Shown piece after piece: positions 1 through 9,009 of a DNA stretch of 64,000 bases (position 1 is the stretch's first letter; each line of letters begins with the position of its first letter). Location: the NCBI GenBank assembly GCA_016839055.1, contig JAEKNX010000006.1, positions 242,864-306,863 of the forward strand. The letters run 5' to 3'. The DNA is from Spirochaetales bacterium (GTDB lineage: Bacteria > Spirochaetota > Spirochaetia > UBA9216). The notes beneath the pieces are model-generated. The model saw only the letters and a list, made by a program, of their open reading frames with translations. It searched no databases and was not told the DNA's origin. A program made the translations under genes and the position numbers.

Positions 1-2301
1 TCCAGATCCCCGGGCGAAAAATGTATAGCTTCCCGAAGGAAGGCTTGTATAGGTGATATAATGACGATTTTGGGAGGATGTCCATTTGTCATTGAATCCT
101 TCCAGTTTGTATTCGAACCTGTTCTGCTTCGGAAATGAATAGTCGGTAGAATTAAGTACAATGTTTATATTGTTCTGATCATGACTAAGGTTGATTGTCC
201 CGTTTTTAATCGGAGAATTGGAACTTAAAAAATCCCGCCCGTCAATTTCAAGGGCGGTTATTCTTATTTCGGGTAAAAATTGAACCTCGTCATTAAATGT
301 TAAAGGAACGGCTGTAATTCCATTTGTTCCTCCGCAGAATATGAAATTGTCGGAAGTAAAGAGAAAGTTAGATGTCAGTTCTCCGTCAAGAATGCCCGAG
401 CTGCTGGTTATCTGCCTTATCGATCGAAACTCTGGTGTATATATTGAAATGCCGTTCTGTTCGGCTATCCAGATTTCGCCGCCTTCAACCGAATCAATAT
501 CGACGATTATATTACTCATGAGTCCGTCTTTACGGGTGAGATAGGTGAAGTTTCCGTCATCAGGATTTAATATGCTGATACCGCCGCCCATCGTTCCAAT
601 CCAGATTTTCCCGTCGCCGCTCTGGTAAAGACTCCTTATGTCGTTGTGGCTAATCGTGCCGGCTTCACCATGCATGTATCTAAAGAATGTTCCCGAGTTC
701 GAATTGAAGAGGTTGAGTCCGTGGTTTGTTGCTATCCATATCCGGCCGAGACTGTCCTGCATAATGTCGCGGATTAAGTTGTCACTGAGGCTCGACGGGT
801 CTCCTGATATATGTCTGTACTGCCTGAAGGTCTCCGTTTCGGGAGAATAGATTATAAGGCCGGAATTATAGGTTCCAATCCAGATTTCCCCGTTATTATC
901 TTCCGAAAGCCGGACGAAAATATTATCGGCCTGCTGCCTGGGGCTCGATGGATTGTAAATCCTCTTGAAGTTATCGGTTTCAGGAAGGTAGATACTTAAT
1001 CCGTTATTTGTTCCTATCCATAAGTTGCCTCGACTGTCTCTCATCATCGTGTTGACAATATTATTGCTGAGAGATTTATCGTCCTCCGGATTGTTGATGT
1101 ATCTGCTTATCTCTCCGCTGACCCTGTTGATTCTGTTTATTCCGTTTCCGTAGATTCCAACCCAAATATTCTTCAGCTCATCCTCAAGCATTGAGTATAT
1201 CTTGCCTTTTGAGAGTGACCTCTGTGTAGGTTTGAGATTCGGGTAATATTTGAATTGGTTTTGCCATCTTACATATTTGTTTAATCCGCCGCCGTTTGTT
1301 CCTATCCACATAACCCCGGAATGATCTTCGAAGAGCGAATAGATTACATCGTGGGAAAGATCTTCGGATGTCATGGTATTATGATTAATTATACTGCCTG
1401 TTTCAGGGTCAATAATCAGAATGCCCTGTCCCCAGGTGCCAGCCCAGAGGTTCCCATCGGAATTGAAGGTAATAGTGTAAATATTAAAGCCCGGGGTTTC
1501 TATTTTAAAGATCTTCCCGGTTTTTGTGTTCAGTTTGACAATTCCGCCGTCCCATAATCCCAGATAGAGATTATCCTTCTCAGAGTTCTGCGCTATGCTC
1601 ATGACGGCGTTTCCGGGTAGTCCTCCGGGCTCTTCTGAACTGGCGATGGTTTCGAAGAATCCGGTTATTTCATTATATTTCGATATTCCACCGTATGTAC
1701 CAATCCATATATTTCCGCTGCTGTCTTCGGTAATGGCTCTTATGACATTGCTTGGAAGGCTGCTCTTATTGCCTTCTTCCGGGAGGAACTGCCGGAAGGT
1801 TCCGTCGGCTTTCATCAGATTAAGACCGTTCATTGTTCCGACCCAGAGGCGGCCGGAGCTGTCTCTGAATATGCTTACTACAACACTATCGCTTAAGGTT
1901 GTACTGCTCCCTGTCTTACGCTGGTATCTCGTGAATCTTTCTGTCAGCGGATCAAACTGATTAAGACCATCATAGGTTCCCAGCCAGATGGAACCGTTTG
2001 TGTCGAGCATCATTGTCTGGATGAGATTATGACTGAGCGAGTTTTTATTAAAGGGATCCTGATTAAAAATCTGGAATCCGAAACCGTCATATCTGGCAAG
2101 TCCTCCCTGGGTTCCGAACCACAGATATTCATTATTATCCTGCAGGATTGAGGATACCGAGGGATTGGGCAGTCCGTCTTCGGTTGACAGCCGGTTCAGT
2201 CTAAACCGGGCTGTGTCATCTGTGAAAACAGGAACCGCTGCCAGGATGGTGAACAGGCCGCCCATCAGGAACATGAGCCGGCGTGAGGGGGTAATCAGCA
2301 T
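1..2301 (-). CDS. Ligand-binding sensor protein with two-component regulator beta-propeller repeats and a Y_Y_Y domain (partial, runs off the left edge)
   Basis: Absent from the ORF track because it has no stop in the window. Manual translation from ATG 2301 gives MLITPSRRLMFLMGGLFTILAAVPVF...RLSTEDGLPNPSVSSILQDNNEYLWFGTQGGLARYDG, with repeated 'lWiGT..GL' blades; the window edge reads FEYKLEGFNDKW...YITYTSLPSGSYTF (Y_Y_Y). Confidence 0.88.
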   Translation of the reverse strand, partial: MLITPSRRLMFLMGGLFTILAAVPVFTDDTARFRLNRLSTEDGLPNPSVSSILQDNNEYLWFGTQGGLARYDGFGFQIFNQDPFNKNSLSHNLIQTMMLDTNGSIWLGTYDGLNQFDPLTERFTRYQRKTGSSTTLSDSVVVSIFRDSSGRLWVGTMNGLNLMKADGTFRQFLPEEGNKSSLPSNVIRAITEDSSGNIWIGTYGGISKYNEITGFFETIASSEEPGGLPGNAVMSIAQNSEKDNLYLGLWDGGIVKLNTKTGKIFKIETPGFNIYTITFNSDGNLWAGTWGQGILIIDPETGSIINHNTMTSEDLSHDVIYSLFEDHSGVMWIGTNGGGLNKYVRWQNQFKYYPNLKPTQRSLSKGKIYSMLEDELKNIWVGIYGNGINRINRVSGEISRYINNPEDDKSLSNNIVNTMMRDSRGNLWIGTNNGLSIYLPETDNFKRIYNPSSPRQQADNIFVRLSEDNNGEIWIGTYNSGLIIYSPETETFRQYRHISGDPSSLSDNLIRDIMQDSLGRIWIATNHGLNLFNSNSGTFFRYMHGEAGTISHNDIRSLYQSGDGKIWIGTMGGGISILNPDDGNFTYLTRKDGLMSNIIVDIDSVEGGEIWIAEQNGISIYTPEFRSIRQITSSSGILDGELTSNFLFTSDNFIFCGGTNGITAVPLTFNDEVQFLPEIRITALEIDGRDFLSSNSPIKNGTINLSHDQNNINIVLNSTDYSFPKQNRFEYKLEGFNDKWTSSQNRHYITYTSLPSGSYTFFARGSG

Positions 2302-2445
2302 AATTAAAGACTAATGAAAATTGTTACAGCAATCAATACGAATATTTACTAATATACATATTTAATTTTGATTTTCATTCTTCGTGATATAATGGTCGAT
2401 AATAATAAAAATGCAATATTATACGTTCATTGTTATGGAGAGTTT

Positions 2446-4527
2446 ATGAAAAATCTTGTGGAAATTATTAGAATAGATGAGAAGAAATGTAATAACTGTC
2501 ACAAGTGTATATCCGTATGCCCGGTAAAATTCTGTATCGACGGAAGCGGGGATACTGTTGTCGTTAATCACAATCTTTGTATCGGCTGCGGAAGCTGTAT
2601 CGATGCATGCAGTAGTAATGCGAGAACATTTATTGATGATACTGAAGCTGCCTTTACAGCCCTTGATAATAGAGAAAAACTGATAGTAATATCGGCTCCC
2701 GCCCTTGTTAGTAATTTCAATACAAATTATAAAAATCTGATAGGATGGCTTAAGAGTCGCGGCGTGGCCGCTGTTTTTGACGTGAGCTTCGGTGCCGAGC
2801 TTACAGTGAGATCATACCTTGAGCATGTTAAGACTAATAAGCCGAAATGTGTTATTGCCCAGCCCTGTCCGGCCATCGTCTCTTATATCGAGATCTATAA
2901 ACCGGAACTGCTTAATATTCTTGCCCCCGCGGACAGTCCGATGCTTCATACCGCAAAAATGATCAGGGAGTTTTACCCCCAGTATAAGAACCATAAATTA
3001 ATTGTCCTCTCACCCTGTATTGCCAAGAGGCGTGAGTTCGCTGACACAGGTATATGTGACTATAATGTGACCCTGGCCGGACTAAGCAGAAGGATAGAAG
3101 AGGATGGAATTAATCTTGATAGATTTGAGCCTGCGGGTTTTGACAATCCTCCTGCAGAACGGGCAGCGCTTTTCTCTTCTCCCGGCGGATTAATGAAGAC
3201 CGTAATGCGTGAAAATCCCGCGGCCGGGGAGCTGATAAGAAAGATTGAAGGCCCATCGGAAATATACGAATATCTGGATACTCTTTCGGAATCCGTAAGA
3301 AAGGGAGTTAGTCCGCTGATTGTCGACTGTCTAAACTGTTCGAAGGGCTGCAACGGAGGAACCGGCACATTAAGCAGGGAAAGTTCCATTGATGAGCTGG
3401 AATTCTATATCTCAAAGCGGACCGAAGAGATGAAGTTGAAATACCGGAAACCGCTCTCGGTGAAAACTTCCAAGCGCAAATTAAACCGAGTGCTCGATAA
3501 GTACTGGAGGGCAGGTCTTTACGGAAGGACTTATCAGAACCGGGCTGAGAATAATACAATCAGGACACCCTCAAAAATGGAGATTGAAAAGATCTACACC
3601 GACATGCTCAAGGATACCGAAGCCGACTATCTGAATTGCGCGGCCTGTGGCTATAATTCCTGTGAGAGGATGGCAGTGGCTATTTTTAACGGCCTTAATA
3701 AAAAAGAAAACTGTCATCGCTATAAACATCGAATGGTCGAGATTGAGAAGAATGTTATTGATTCAATGAATCAGAAACTCGGAGACAGGATATCAGGATG
3801 CAAAGATCTTATCTTAACGGTTCAGGACTCACTAAAGATTGTTGATTCAAATATGCTGGAACAAAGCGGTTCACTCGAAGAATCCTCAGGTTCGGTAAAA
3901 CAGATGATTGATTCATTCAGTATTATCTCGGAAAGTTTTATGAAACAGAACTCTAATCTTAAGACCCTGATAGTGAAAGCCCGTGATGGAGAATATGAGC
4001 TCAAGGGCAGTTCCGGCGCTATTAAGAAGATTACTTCAGGAATAAGCAGAATAGGCGAGATGGTAGGAATGATCGATGATATATCCCAGCGGACAAACCT
4101 CCTTTCGATGAACGCGGCGATAGAGGCCGCTCATGCGGGAAGTTCAGGGAAGGGATTCGCGGTTGTTGCCCAGGAGATTAAGAAGCTTGCCGAGAATACA
4201 GCGGCGAAGGCGAAGGAAGTTGGTGAAACCCTCAATGGAATAATCTCCGAAGCCGGCACCACCAGCAGCAGTTCGGAACTTACAACAAGAGTTATTCTGG
4301 AAATAATCAGTGAAATTCATAAGCTGACAACGGATGTAAACAAGCTGGCTATCGATGTTGAGGGAATGGTTTTGGGAAGCAGCTCTATTATTTCATCTAT
4401 AGATGTCCTCAAATCGGATAACCGAAAAGTTCTTGACTCGGCTGCCGAGATTGGAGTACATATAAACCAGCTTGACAGTAATATGCAGGAGCTGATTACA
4501 ATTGCATCAGGCTATGAGGAGAATTAA
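2446..4527 (+). CDS. Sensory (group C-type) [FeFe]-hydrogenase-like domain fused to a methyl-accepting chemotaxis signalling domain
   Basis: N-terminal 2x[4Fe-4S] ([23 protein letters not shown]); H-cluster-like motifs [27 protein letters not shown]; FeS motif CAACGYNSC; MCP core [41 protein letters not shown] before ATG 2446. Confidence 0.88.
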   Translation: MKNLVEIIRIDEKKCNNCHKCISVCPVKFCIDGSGDTVVVNHNLCIGCGSCIDACSSNARTFIDDTEAAFTALDNREKLIVISAPALVSNFNTNYKNLIGWLKSRGVAAVFDVSFGAELTVRSYLEHVKTNKPKCVIAQPCPAIVSYIEIYKPELLNILAPADSPMLHTAKMIREFYPQYKNHKLIVLSPCIAKRREFADTGICDYNVTLAGLSRRIEEDGINLDRFEPAGFDNPPAERAALFSSPGGLMKTVMRENPAAGELIRKIEGPSEIYEYLDTLSESVRKGVSPLIVDCLNCSKGCNGGTGTLSRESSIDELEFYISKRTEEMKLKYRKPLSVKTSKRKLNRVLDKYWRAGLYGRTYQNRAENNTIRTPSKMEIEKIYTDMLKDTEADYLNCAACGYNSCERMAVAIFNGLNKKENCHRYKHRMVEIEKNVIDSMNQKLGDRISGCKDLILTVQDSLKIVDSNMLEQSGSLEESSGSVKQMIDSFSIISESFMKQNSNLKTLIVKARDGEYELKGSSGAIKKITSGISRIGEMVGMIDDISQRTNLLSMNAAIEAAHAGSSGKGFAVVAQEIKKLAENTAAKAKEVGETLNGIISEAGTTSSSSELTTRVILEIISEIHKLTTDVNKLAIDVEGMVLGSSSIISSIDVLKSDNRKVLDSAAEIGVHINQLDSNMQELITIASGYEEN

Positions 4528-4556
4528 TATTGAAAACAAAAAAAGGAGGCCGCTCA

Positions 4557-5093
4557 ATGAGAAGCAACTCTGACGGCAGGCGGCCGGTTATAAAAGGCTT
4601 TTCTCTTCTTGTAATTGTTTTCTTTATTGCATCACTGAACTTTACTCTCGACAGGCTTTCTAAAAATTATGCGGTAGAGCATATCAAAGGGCAGGGGACT
4701 ATTCAGGTTGTAGGTAATATTTTCATTCTTCATTATGCCGAGAATGACGGAGCCTTCCTCGGTTTCGGGGGGGGGCTTCCAAAACCCCTTAAAACATTTC
4801 TATTGATTCTTCTCCCGGTTGTGCTTATAGTCGCGTCAACAATTTATACCGCCTTCAGCGGCAGTCTTCCGCCCGGTCAGATAGTCTGTCTATCTTCAAT
4901 AATCGGAGGCGGTGCCGGCAACCTCTTTGATCGTATTTTCAACGACGGCACGGTGATAGATTTTCTTAATTTCGGAATAGGAGGTCTGCGGACTGGAATT
5001 TTAAATGTGGCCGACCTGTCGGTGACATTCGGTGCTGTTCTTCTGATTATCCTGCAGCTAAGGCAGTCAAAGGCCCAGGCCGCAGGAGATTAA
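4557..5093 (+). CDS. lspA: Lipoprotein signal peptidase II
   Basis: Motifs ENDGAFLG, GGGAGNLFDR, VIDF, LNVAD; AGGAGG RBS before ATG 4557. Confidence 0.9.
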   Translation: MRSNSDGRRPVIKGFSLLVIVFFIASLNFTLDRLSKNYAVEHIKGQGTIQVVGNIFILHYAENDGAFLGFGGGLPKPLKTFLLILLPVVLIVASTIYTAFSGSLPPGQIVCLSSIIGGGAGNLFDRIFNDGTVIDFLNFGIGGLRTGILNVADLSVTFGAVLLIILQLRQSKAQAAGD

Positions 5094-5104
5094 ATCAGAT
5101 TAAA

Positions 5105-6388
5105 TTAGGTTAATTCTTTTGAAATGGTTATTGCCGCTATGGTGCCGTCGGCGACCGCGGTAGTAATCTGTCTGAAAGCCTTTGTTCTGACATCACCCGC
5201 GGCAAAGACTCCCGGGATGTTTGTTTGCATATTTTCACCGGTTTTAAGATATCCCCATTGATCAAGTTCCATTTCATCATTGAACATTTCCAGATTAGGG
5301 ATGAAGCCGACGAAGACGAATATTCCGTTTGTTCTGATCTCTGTTGTTTCACCGGTCTTGAGATTCTCTACAACAACACCCATGTCCATGTTTCCGTATT
5401 TTTTAAACTCACGGGGCTCATGTTCGAACATGAACTTGATCTTTTTGTCTGCGAAAATTTTCTTCTGGGCTTCCTTGTTTGCCTGCAGGGTGTCGAACTG
5501 GTGGACTATTGTAATCTTGCTTGCAAATTTGGACAGAAAGAGTGATTCCTCGATGGACGAGTTTCCTCCGCCTATGACTACAATTTCCTTGTCATCATAG
5601 TATTTTCCGTCACAGGTCGCGCAGTAGCTTATTCCCTGCCCCTGGTATTCTTTTTCTCCCGGGACATTGAGAGGTCTGGGTCTTGAGCCGGTGGCGATTA
5701 CAATCTTCTTTGCTTCAATAGTCTCGAAACCGTCAACAAGAATACTTTTGTTTTTTAGATCAATCTTCGATACTTCGACCGCGGATCTGAACTCAACGCC
5801 GTTGGCCTTTGCCTGTTCTCCCATGAAGTGACTAAGCATGAATCCCGGCTGAGGTTCAATAAAGCCCGGATAGTTGGAAACCTGATGGGTTGTCGCTACA
5901 TAGCCGCCGGGCAGGGCTGTATCAATTAGTATAGTATTAAGGTGAGCCTGTGCAAGGTATATTCCCGCGGTGAGCCCTGCCGGACCACCGCCGAGGACGG
6001 CGACGTCACAGTTTGTAACAACCGGTTTGATGCTGCCGTGAATTTCTGCCGCCCTGTCTTCGGGAATCAGGGCGTCGAGTCCCTTCATTATTTCCGAGCG
6101 CTTGATTCCTCCGCTGAGCTTAGGGCCCGAAAGTCTGCCGTCCTGGTAGAACAGAAGGGTTGGAGAACTCGAAACATCAAGTTCTGCCGCGAGGTCACGG
6201 TTTCCCTGTCTGAATATTTTTACGAATGTTATGTCATCACCGTAAAGGGTACTGAGACTCTCATATTTAGAGGCCAGAGCCTCGCATGGCGGACATTCGG
6301 TTGAGTAGAAATCTACAACCGCCCTCTTTTTGCCGAGGACTTCCTTCTTGAATTCTGATGCCTGTATTTCCTTGATTTTCCCTGCCAT
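5105..6388 (-). CDS. trxB: Thioredoxin (N-terminal) - thioredoxin reductase fusion
   Basis: Trx domain VVDFYSTECPPC; TrxR motifs GGGPAGL, ISYCATCDG, GGGNS, FAAGDV. AAGGAG RBS before MAGKIKE (6388). Confidence 0.88.
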   Translation of the reverse strand: MAGKIKEIQASEFKKEVLGKKRAVVDFYSTECPPCEALASKYESLSTLYGDDITFVKIFRQGNRDLAAELDVSSSPTLLFYQDGRLSGPKLSGGIKRSEIMKGLDALIPEDRAAEIHGSIKPVVTNCDVAVLGGGPAGLTAGIYLAQAHLNTILIDTALPGGYVATTHQVSNYPGFIEPQPGFMLSHFMGEQAKANGVEFRSAVEVSKIDLKNKSILVDGFETIEAKKIVIATGSRPRPLNVPGEKEYQGQGISYCATCDGKYYDDKEIVVIGGGNSSIEESLFLSKFASKITIVHQFDTLQANKEAQKKIFADKKIKFMFEHEPREFKKYGNMDMGVVVENLKTGETTEIRTNGIFVFVGFIPNLEMFNDEMELDQWGYLKTGENMQTNIPGVFAAGDVRTKAFRQITTAVADGTIAAITISKELT

Positions 6389-6413
6389 TCTGTTCTCCTT
6401 TTTGTTAATATGA

Positions 6414-7742
6414 TTATTCTTCCGAGGCGGAATCATTGCCGAAGTAGATCGGCAGACCGAGTGATATTAGATCCTTGACCGGCCTGCAGTCCGGAGACAA
6501 GATTGTTCCGTTTTTATTTTTGGCCGCAGATCCGCATCCGCCCCCGCATGTAAGCTGCAGCTCACAGTTTCGGCATTCAGGGATTGAGGTTACGTCCCGG
6601 TCCTGCCAGCAGCTGACGGCTTCGCTGTTCAGAGTTTTCTCAGGATAAAAAGTACCGAGCTCTTCTCCATCTTTTCCAACGGTCGCAGTGCATGAGAATA
6701 TCCTGCCGCTGTAGTCAAAGGCCCATTCGGACTTACAGCCCGGGCATGAGTCAAAGAGGGGCGAGGGCATTTCTCCCTTATCGAAGAGGAATCTGGAAAT
6801 TGAAAATGCCGGCCGGTGAAACTCCATTATATCAGGATTCTTCTGTATCAGATGGTAGAGATCCTGATACATCGATATCCTGTCGTAGAGGCGTCCTGAA
6901 TTAGCCTGACAGTAGTGAAGCTCATAGTTTCGGCCTAGCTGAGTCTTGAAAATGGGGTTTTTAGTCCAGCCTTTTTCGATGGCAAAGTTTGCGAGTTCAG
7001 GAAGATGAGGCATATTCTCCTTGTCCATCACGGCTCTGAGGTTGACCGGTATTCCCTCTGCAAGGGTGGCGTCTATGCCCGAGACTACCTCGGTAAAGGT
7101 TCCCTTTCCGCCATGAAGCATTCTTCTGCTGTCATGAATTTTCTCGGGTCCGTCGAGAGTTATCTGAACTTCTCTGACCGATGCAGTCTTTAGAAGAGGA
7201 ATGTACTCAACAAGCGAATAGGCATTCGTGACAAAGGCCAGTGAAAGGCCGCGCTTGTTCGCCTCGATGATTATCTTCTGAATTTTTCTGCGGTGCTGTT
7301 CTCCGGGAAGCAGGGGTTCTCCTCCGAAAACGGTGATGTATTTTCTCCGTCCGGCGAATTCTGTATCTATATATTTAAAAAAGCTATCTATTACTTCATC
7401 ATGATCTATTTTTGGCTCATGGCTGTATCCTTCTTGATAGCAGTAAGAGCAATTGAAGTTACAGCTGTAGGTCGGCACATAGAAAAGCTGGATCTCCTCC
7501 TTGTCCCGTTCGTCGACGAAGTCGAGGTATGCCGCTCTGTAGATTTTCTGTTCCTCGGCGGGATCTACGAGGTATCCTTTTTCGGTCAGTTCATTTTCAT
7601 CGGGATATCTGCCGTCTTTAATTGCATCGGCGGCTTCGGCTGATATTATATCAGCATTTCGGCTGAGCGGATTGACTATGAAAAAGTCATCAGAGTCTTC
7701 AATTTTGGATATAATATTATGTTTTGATAGCTTTAATTCCAT
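6414..7742 (-). CDS. Radical SAM/SPASM-domain peptide maturase
   Basis: CNFNCSYC, FGGEPLL, QITLDG; SPASM cysteines CPGC...C...CRNCELQLTCGGGC...C; an N-terminal extension of about 80 aa resembling a RiPP recognition element. Confidence 0.9.
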   Translation of the reverse strand: MELKLSKHNIISKIEDSDDFFIVNPLSRNADIISAEAADAIKDGRYPDENELTEKGYLVDPAEEQKIYRAAYLDFVDERDKEEIQLFYVPTYSCNFNCSYCYQEGYSHEPKIDHDEVIDSFFKYIDTEFAGRRKYITVFGGEPLLPGEQHRRKIQKIIIEANKRGLSLAFVTNAYSLVEYIPLLKTASVREVQITLDGPEKIHDSRRMLHGGKGTFTEVVSGIDATLAEGIPVNLRAVMDKENMPHLPELANFAIEKGWTKNPIFKTQLGRNYELHYCQANSGRLYDRISMYQDLYHLIQKNPDIMEFHRPAFSISRFLFDKGEMPSPLFDSCPGCKSEWAFDYSGRIFSCTATVGKDGEELGTFYPEKTLNSEAVSCWQDRDVTSIPECRNCELQLTCGGGCGSAAKNKNGTILSPDCRPVKDLISLGLPIYFGNDSASEE

Positions 7743-7782
7743 CTGTTCCTCTTGTTTTAAGCATTAGATGATCATTGAAAGA

Positions 7783-7807
7783 TCCGGGCCTGAACTCCAG
7801 GCCCGGA
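7783..7807 (-). terminator. Stem-loop just downstream of the precursor peptide gene (leaky terminator or mRNA stabiliser)
   Basis: Perfect 10-bp inverted repeat tccgggcctg-aactc-caggcccgga with only a weak U tract (tctttc) on the minus strand. Confidence 0.65.
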
Positions 7808-7815
7808 AACGGAAA

Positions 7816-7911
7816 TTAATCGTGACAACCTGCCACAACCTTGGAGAGTTTGGCGCAGCACTGTGCAACAGTTGTGCCTGACTCCGGTTTCTTCTTGATA
7901 AGTGACTTCAT
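7816..7911 (-). CDS. Putative RiPP precursor peptide, 31 aa (MKSLIKKKPESGTTVAQCCAKLSKVVAGCHD)
   Basis: Strong RBS AAGGAGAG before ATG 7911; fills the gap between arsM and the radical SAM gene; Lys-rich leader-like N-terminus and a Cys-containing C-terminus. Confidence 0.85.
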   Translation of the reverse strand: MKSLIKKKPESGTTVAQCCAKLSKVVAGCHD

Positions 7912-7927
7912 TCGTCTCTCCTTATAA

Positions 7928-8590
7928 TTAGCTGCAGCAGCAACCGCCCGGTTTATAGCCGAGGATTGTCCAGCTGCTAACTTCAATTTTACCCTTGGGA
8001 TAGGGGGTGCTTTCTTCCAGTACCTCAACGGTTTTGAAACCTGAATTATCAAGCTGTTCCAGGTAGGCTTCGCGAGTTACCGATCCGGCCCAGCATTCAG
8101 CGACTGCTTCAGGATCGTTTTTGTATTCTTCCGGCACGGGAATGCTTGAATAGATATCGCTGACGACGAAACGTCCGCCTTTTTTCAATATTCTGTAGAC
8201 CTCATTCCAGACATTCTGTTTGTTCTCGGCATGGTTGATTACGCAGTTTGAGATAACAAGATCGGCACATCCGGATTCAAGCGGCATATTCTCGAGATCT
8301 GCCTTAAGGAATTTCACATTCTCAATTTTCAGCCTTGCGGCCGTTTTTTCCGCTTTCTCTATCATCCCGTCTGAAAGATCGAGGCCGTAAATCATTCCCT
8401 CCGGCCCTACTTCCTCGGCCAGTCTCATTGCGTCGGTTCCGCGGCCGCTGCCGAGGTCGACACATACTTCACCCGAGGCGGCCTTGCTGTGGGCAGCTGC
8501 TCCTCCGCAGGACAGGCAGCAGCTTGTCTCTGCCAGATCGGTGTATCTGATATTAATCGCGCTTTTTATTTCCGGTTTCGGCATGTTCAT
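7928..8590 (-). CDS. arsM: Arsenite S-adenosylmethionine methyltransferase-like protein
   Basis: VDLGSGRGTD SAM motif; ArsM-type Cys motifs LSCGG, ISNCVIN and ECWAG; C-terminal CCC. Confidence 0.82.
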   Translation of the reverse strand: MNMPKPEIKSAINIRYTDLAETSCCLSCGGAAAHSKAASGEVCVDLGSGRGTDAMRLAEEVGPEGMIYGLDLSDGMIEKAEKTAARLKIENVKFLKADLENMPLESGCADLVISNCVINHAENKQNVWNEVYRILKKGGRFVVSDIYSSIPVPEEYKNDPEAVAECWAGSVTREAYLEQLDNSGFKTVEVLEESTPYPKGKIEVSSWTILGYKPGGCCCS

Positions 8591-8597
8591 CAAGCTC

Positions 8598-8993
8598 CTA
8601 TATTTTATTCAGAAGTATTTTAAGTCCGCTTATGACTGTCTCTTTCTCTTCTTCTGAAAGTTTTGCGATGAGTTCATTCTCACAGCGTAATTTCTCTTTG
8701 TTAAGACCTTCAACGCATTTACGGCCGTTCTCCGTCAGGTTTAGATTGATTATTCTTCTGTCGTTTTCATCACGATTTATTGAAATTAGTCCTTTTAAGG
8801 TCAGCCCGGATATTACCCTGCTGCTTCGGGACGGAGACAGGCCGGATATTTCAGATAGACCCCTGGATGATATAGCACTGTCCTCCGCTATAGCTGTGAG
8901 AAATGTAAGTTCTCTGCCGTGTAGATTCATCGTTTCTCCGATTACATCATCAAATCTGCAGCGCTGTTTCACCTCGAGTAATAGATCTATCAC
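8598..8993 (-). CDS. MarR-family transcriptional regulator with three Cys
   Basis: wHTH LSPSRSSRVISGLTLKGLI...DENDRR...LTENG; GTG start with GGAGAG RBS. Confidence 0.88.
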   Translation of the reverse strand: MIDLLLEVKQRCRFDDVIGETMNLHGRELTFLTAIAEDSAISSRGLSEISGLSPSRSSRVISGLTLKGLISINRDENDRRIINLNLTENGRKCVEGLNKEKLRCENELIAKLSEEEKETVISGLKILLNKI

Positions 8994-9009
8994 TTATCTC
9001 TCCATGTCG

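Noticed and set aside
341-1960. Short + strand ORFs in the first 2 kb
   Set aside because: They are shadows of the long minus-strand sensor gene.
7816-8052. 78-aa ORF in the track as the true gene
   Set aside because: Its 5' part overlaps arsM in another frame; the RBS supports a start at 7911 (31 aa).
5105-8993. Selenocysteine readthrough in the peptide, arsM or trx genes
   Set aside because: These genes end in TAA and have Cys codons at the relevant sites; no in-frame TGA was seen.
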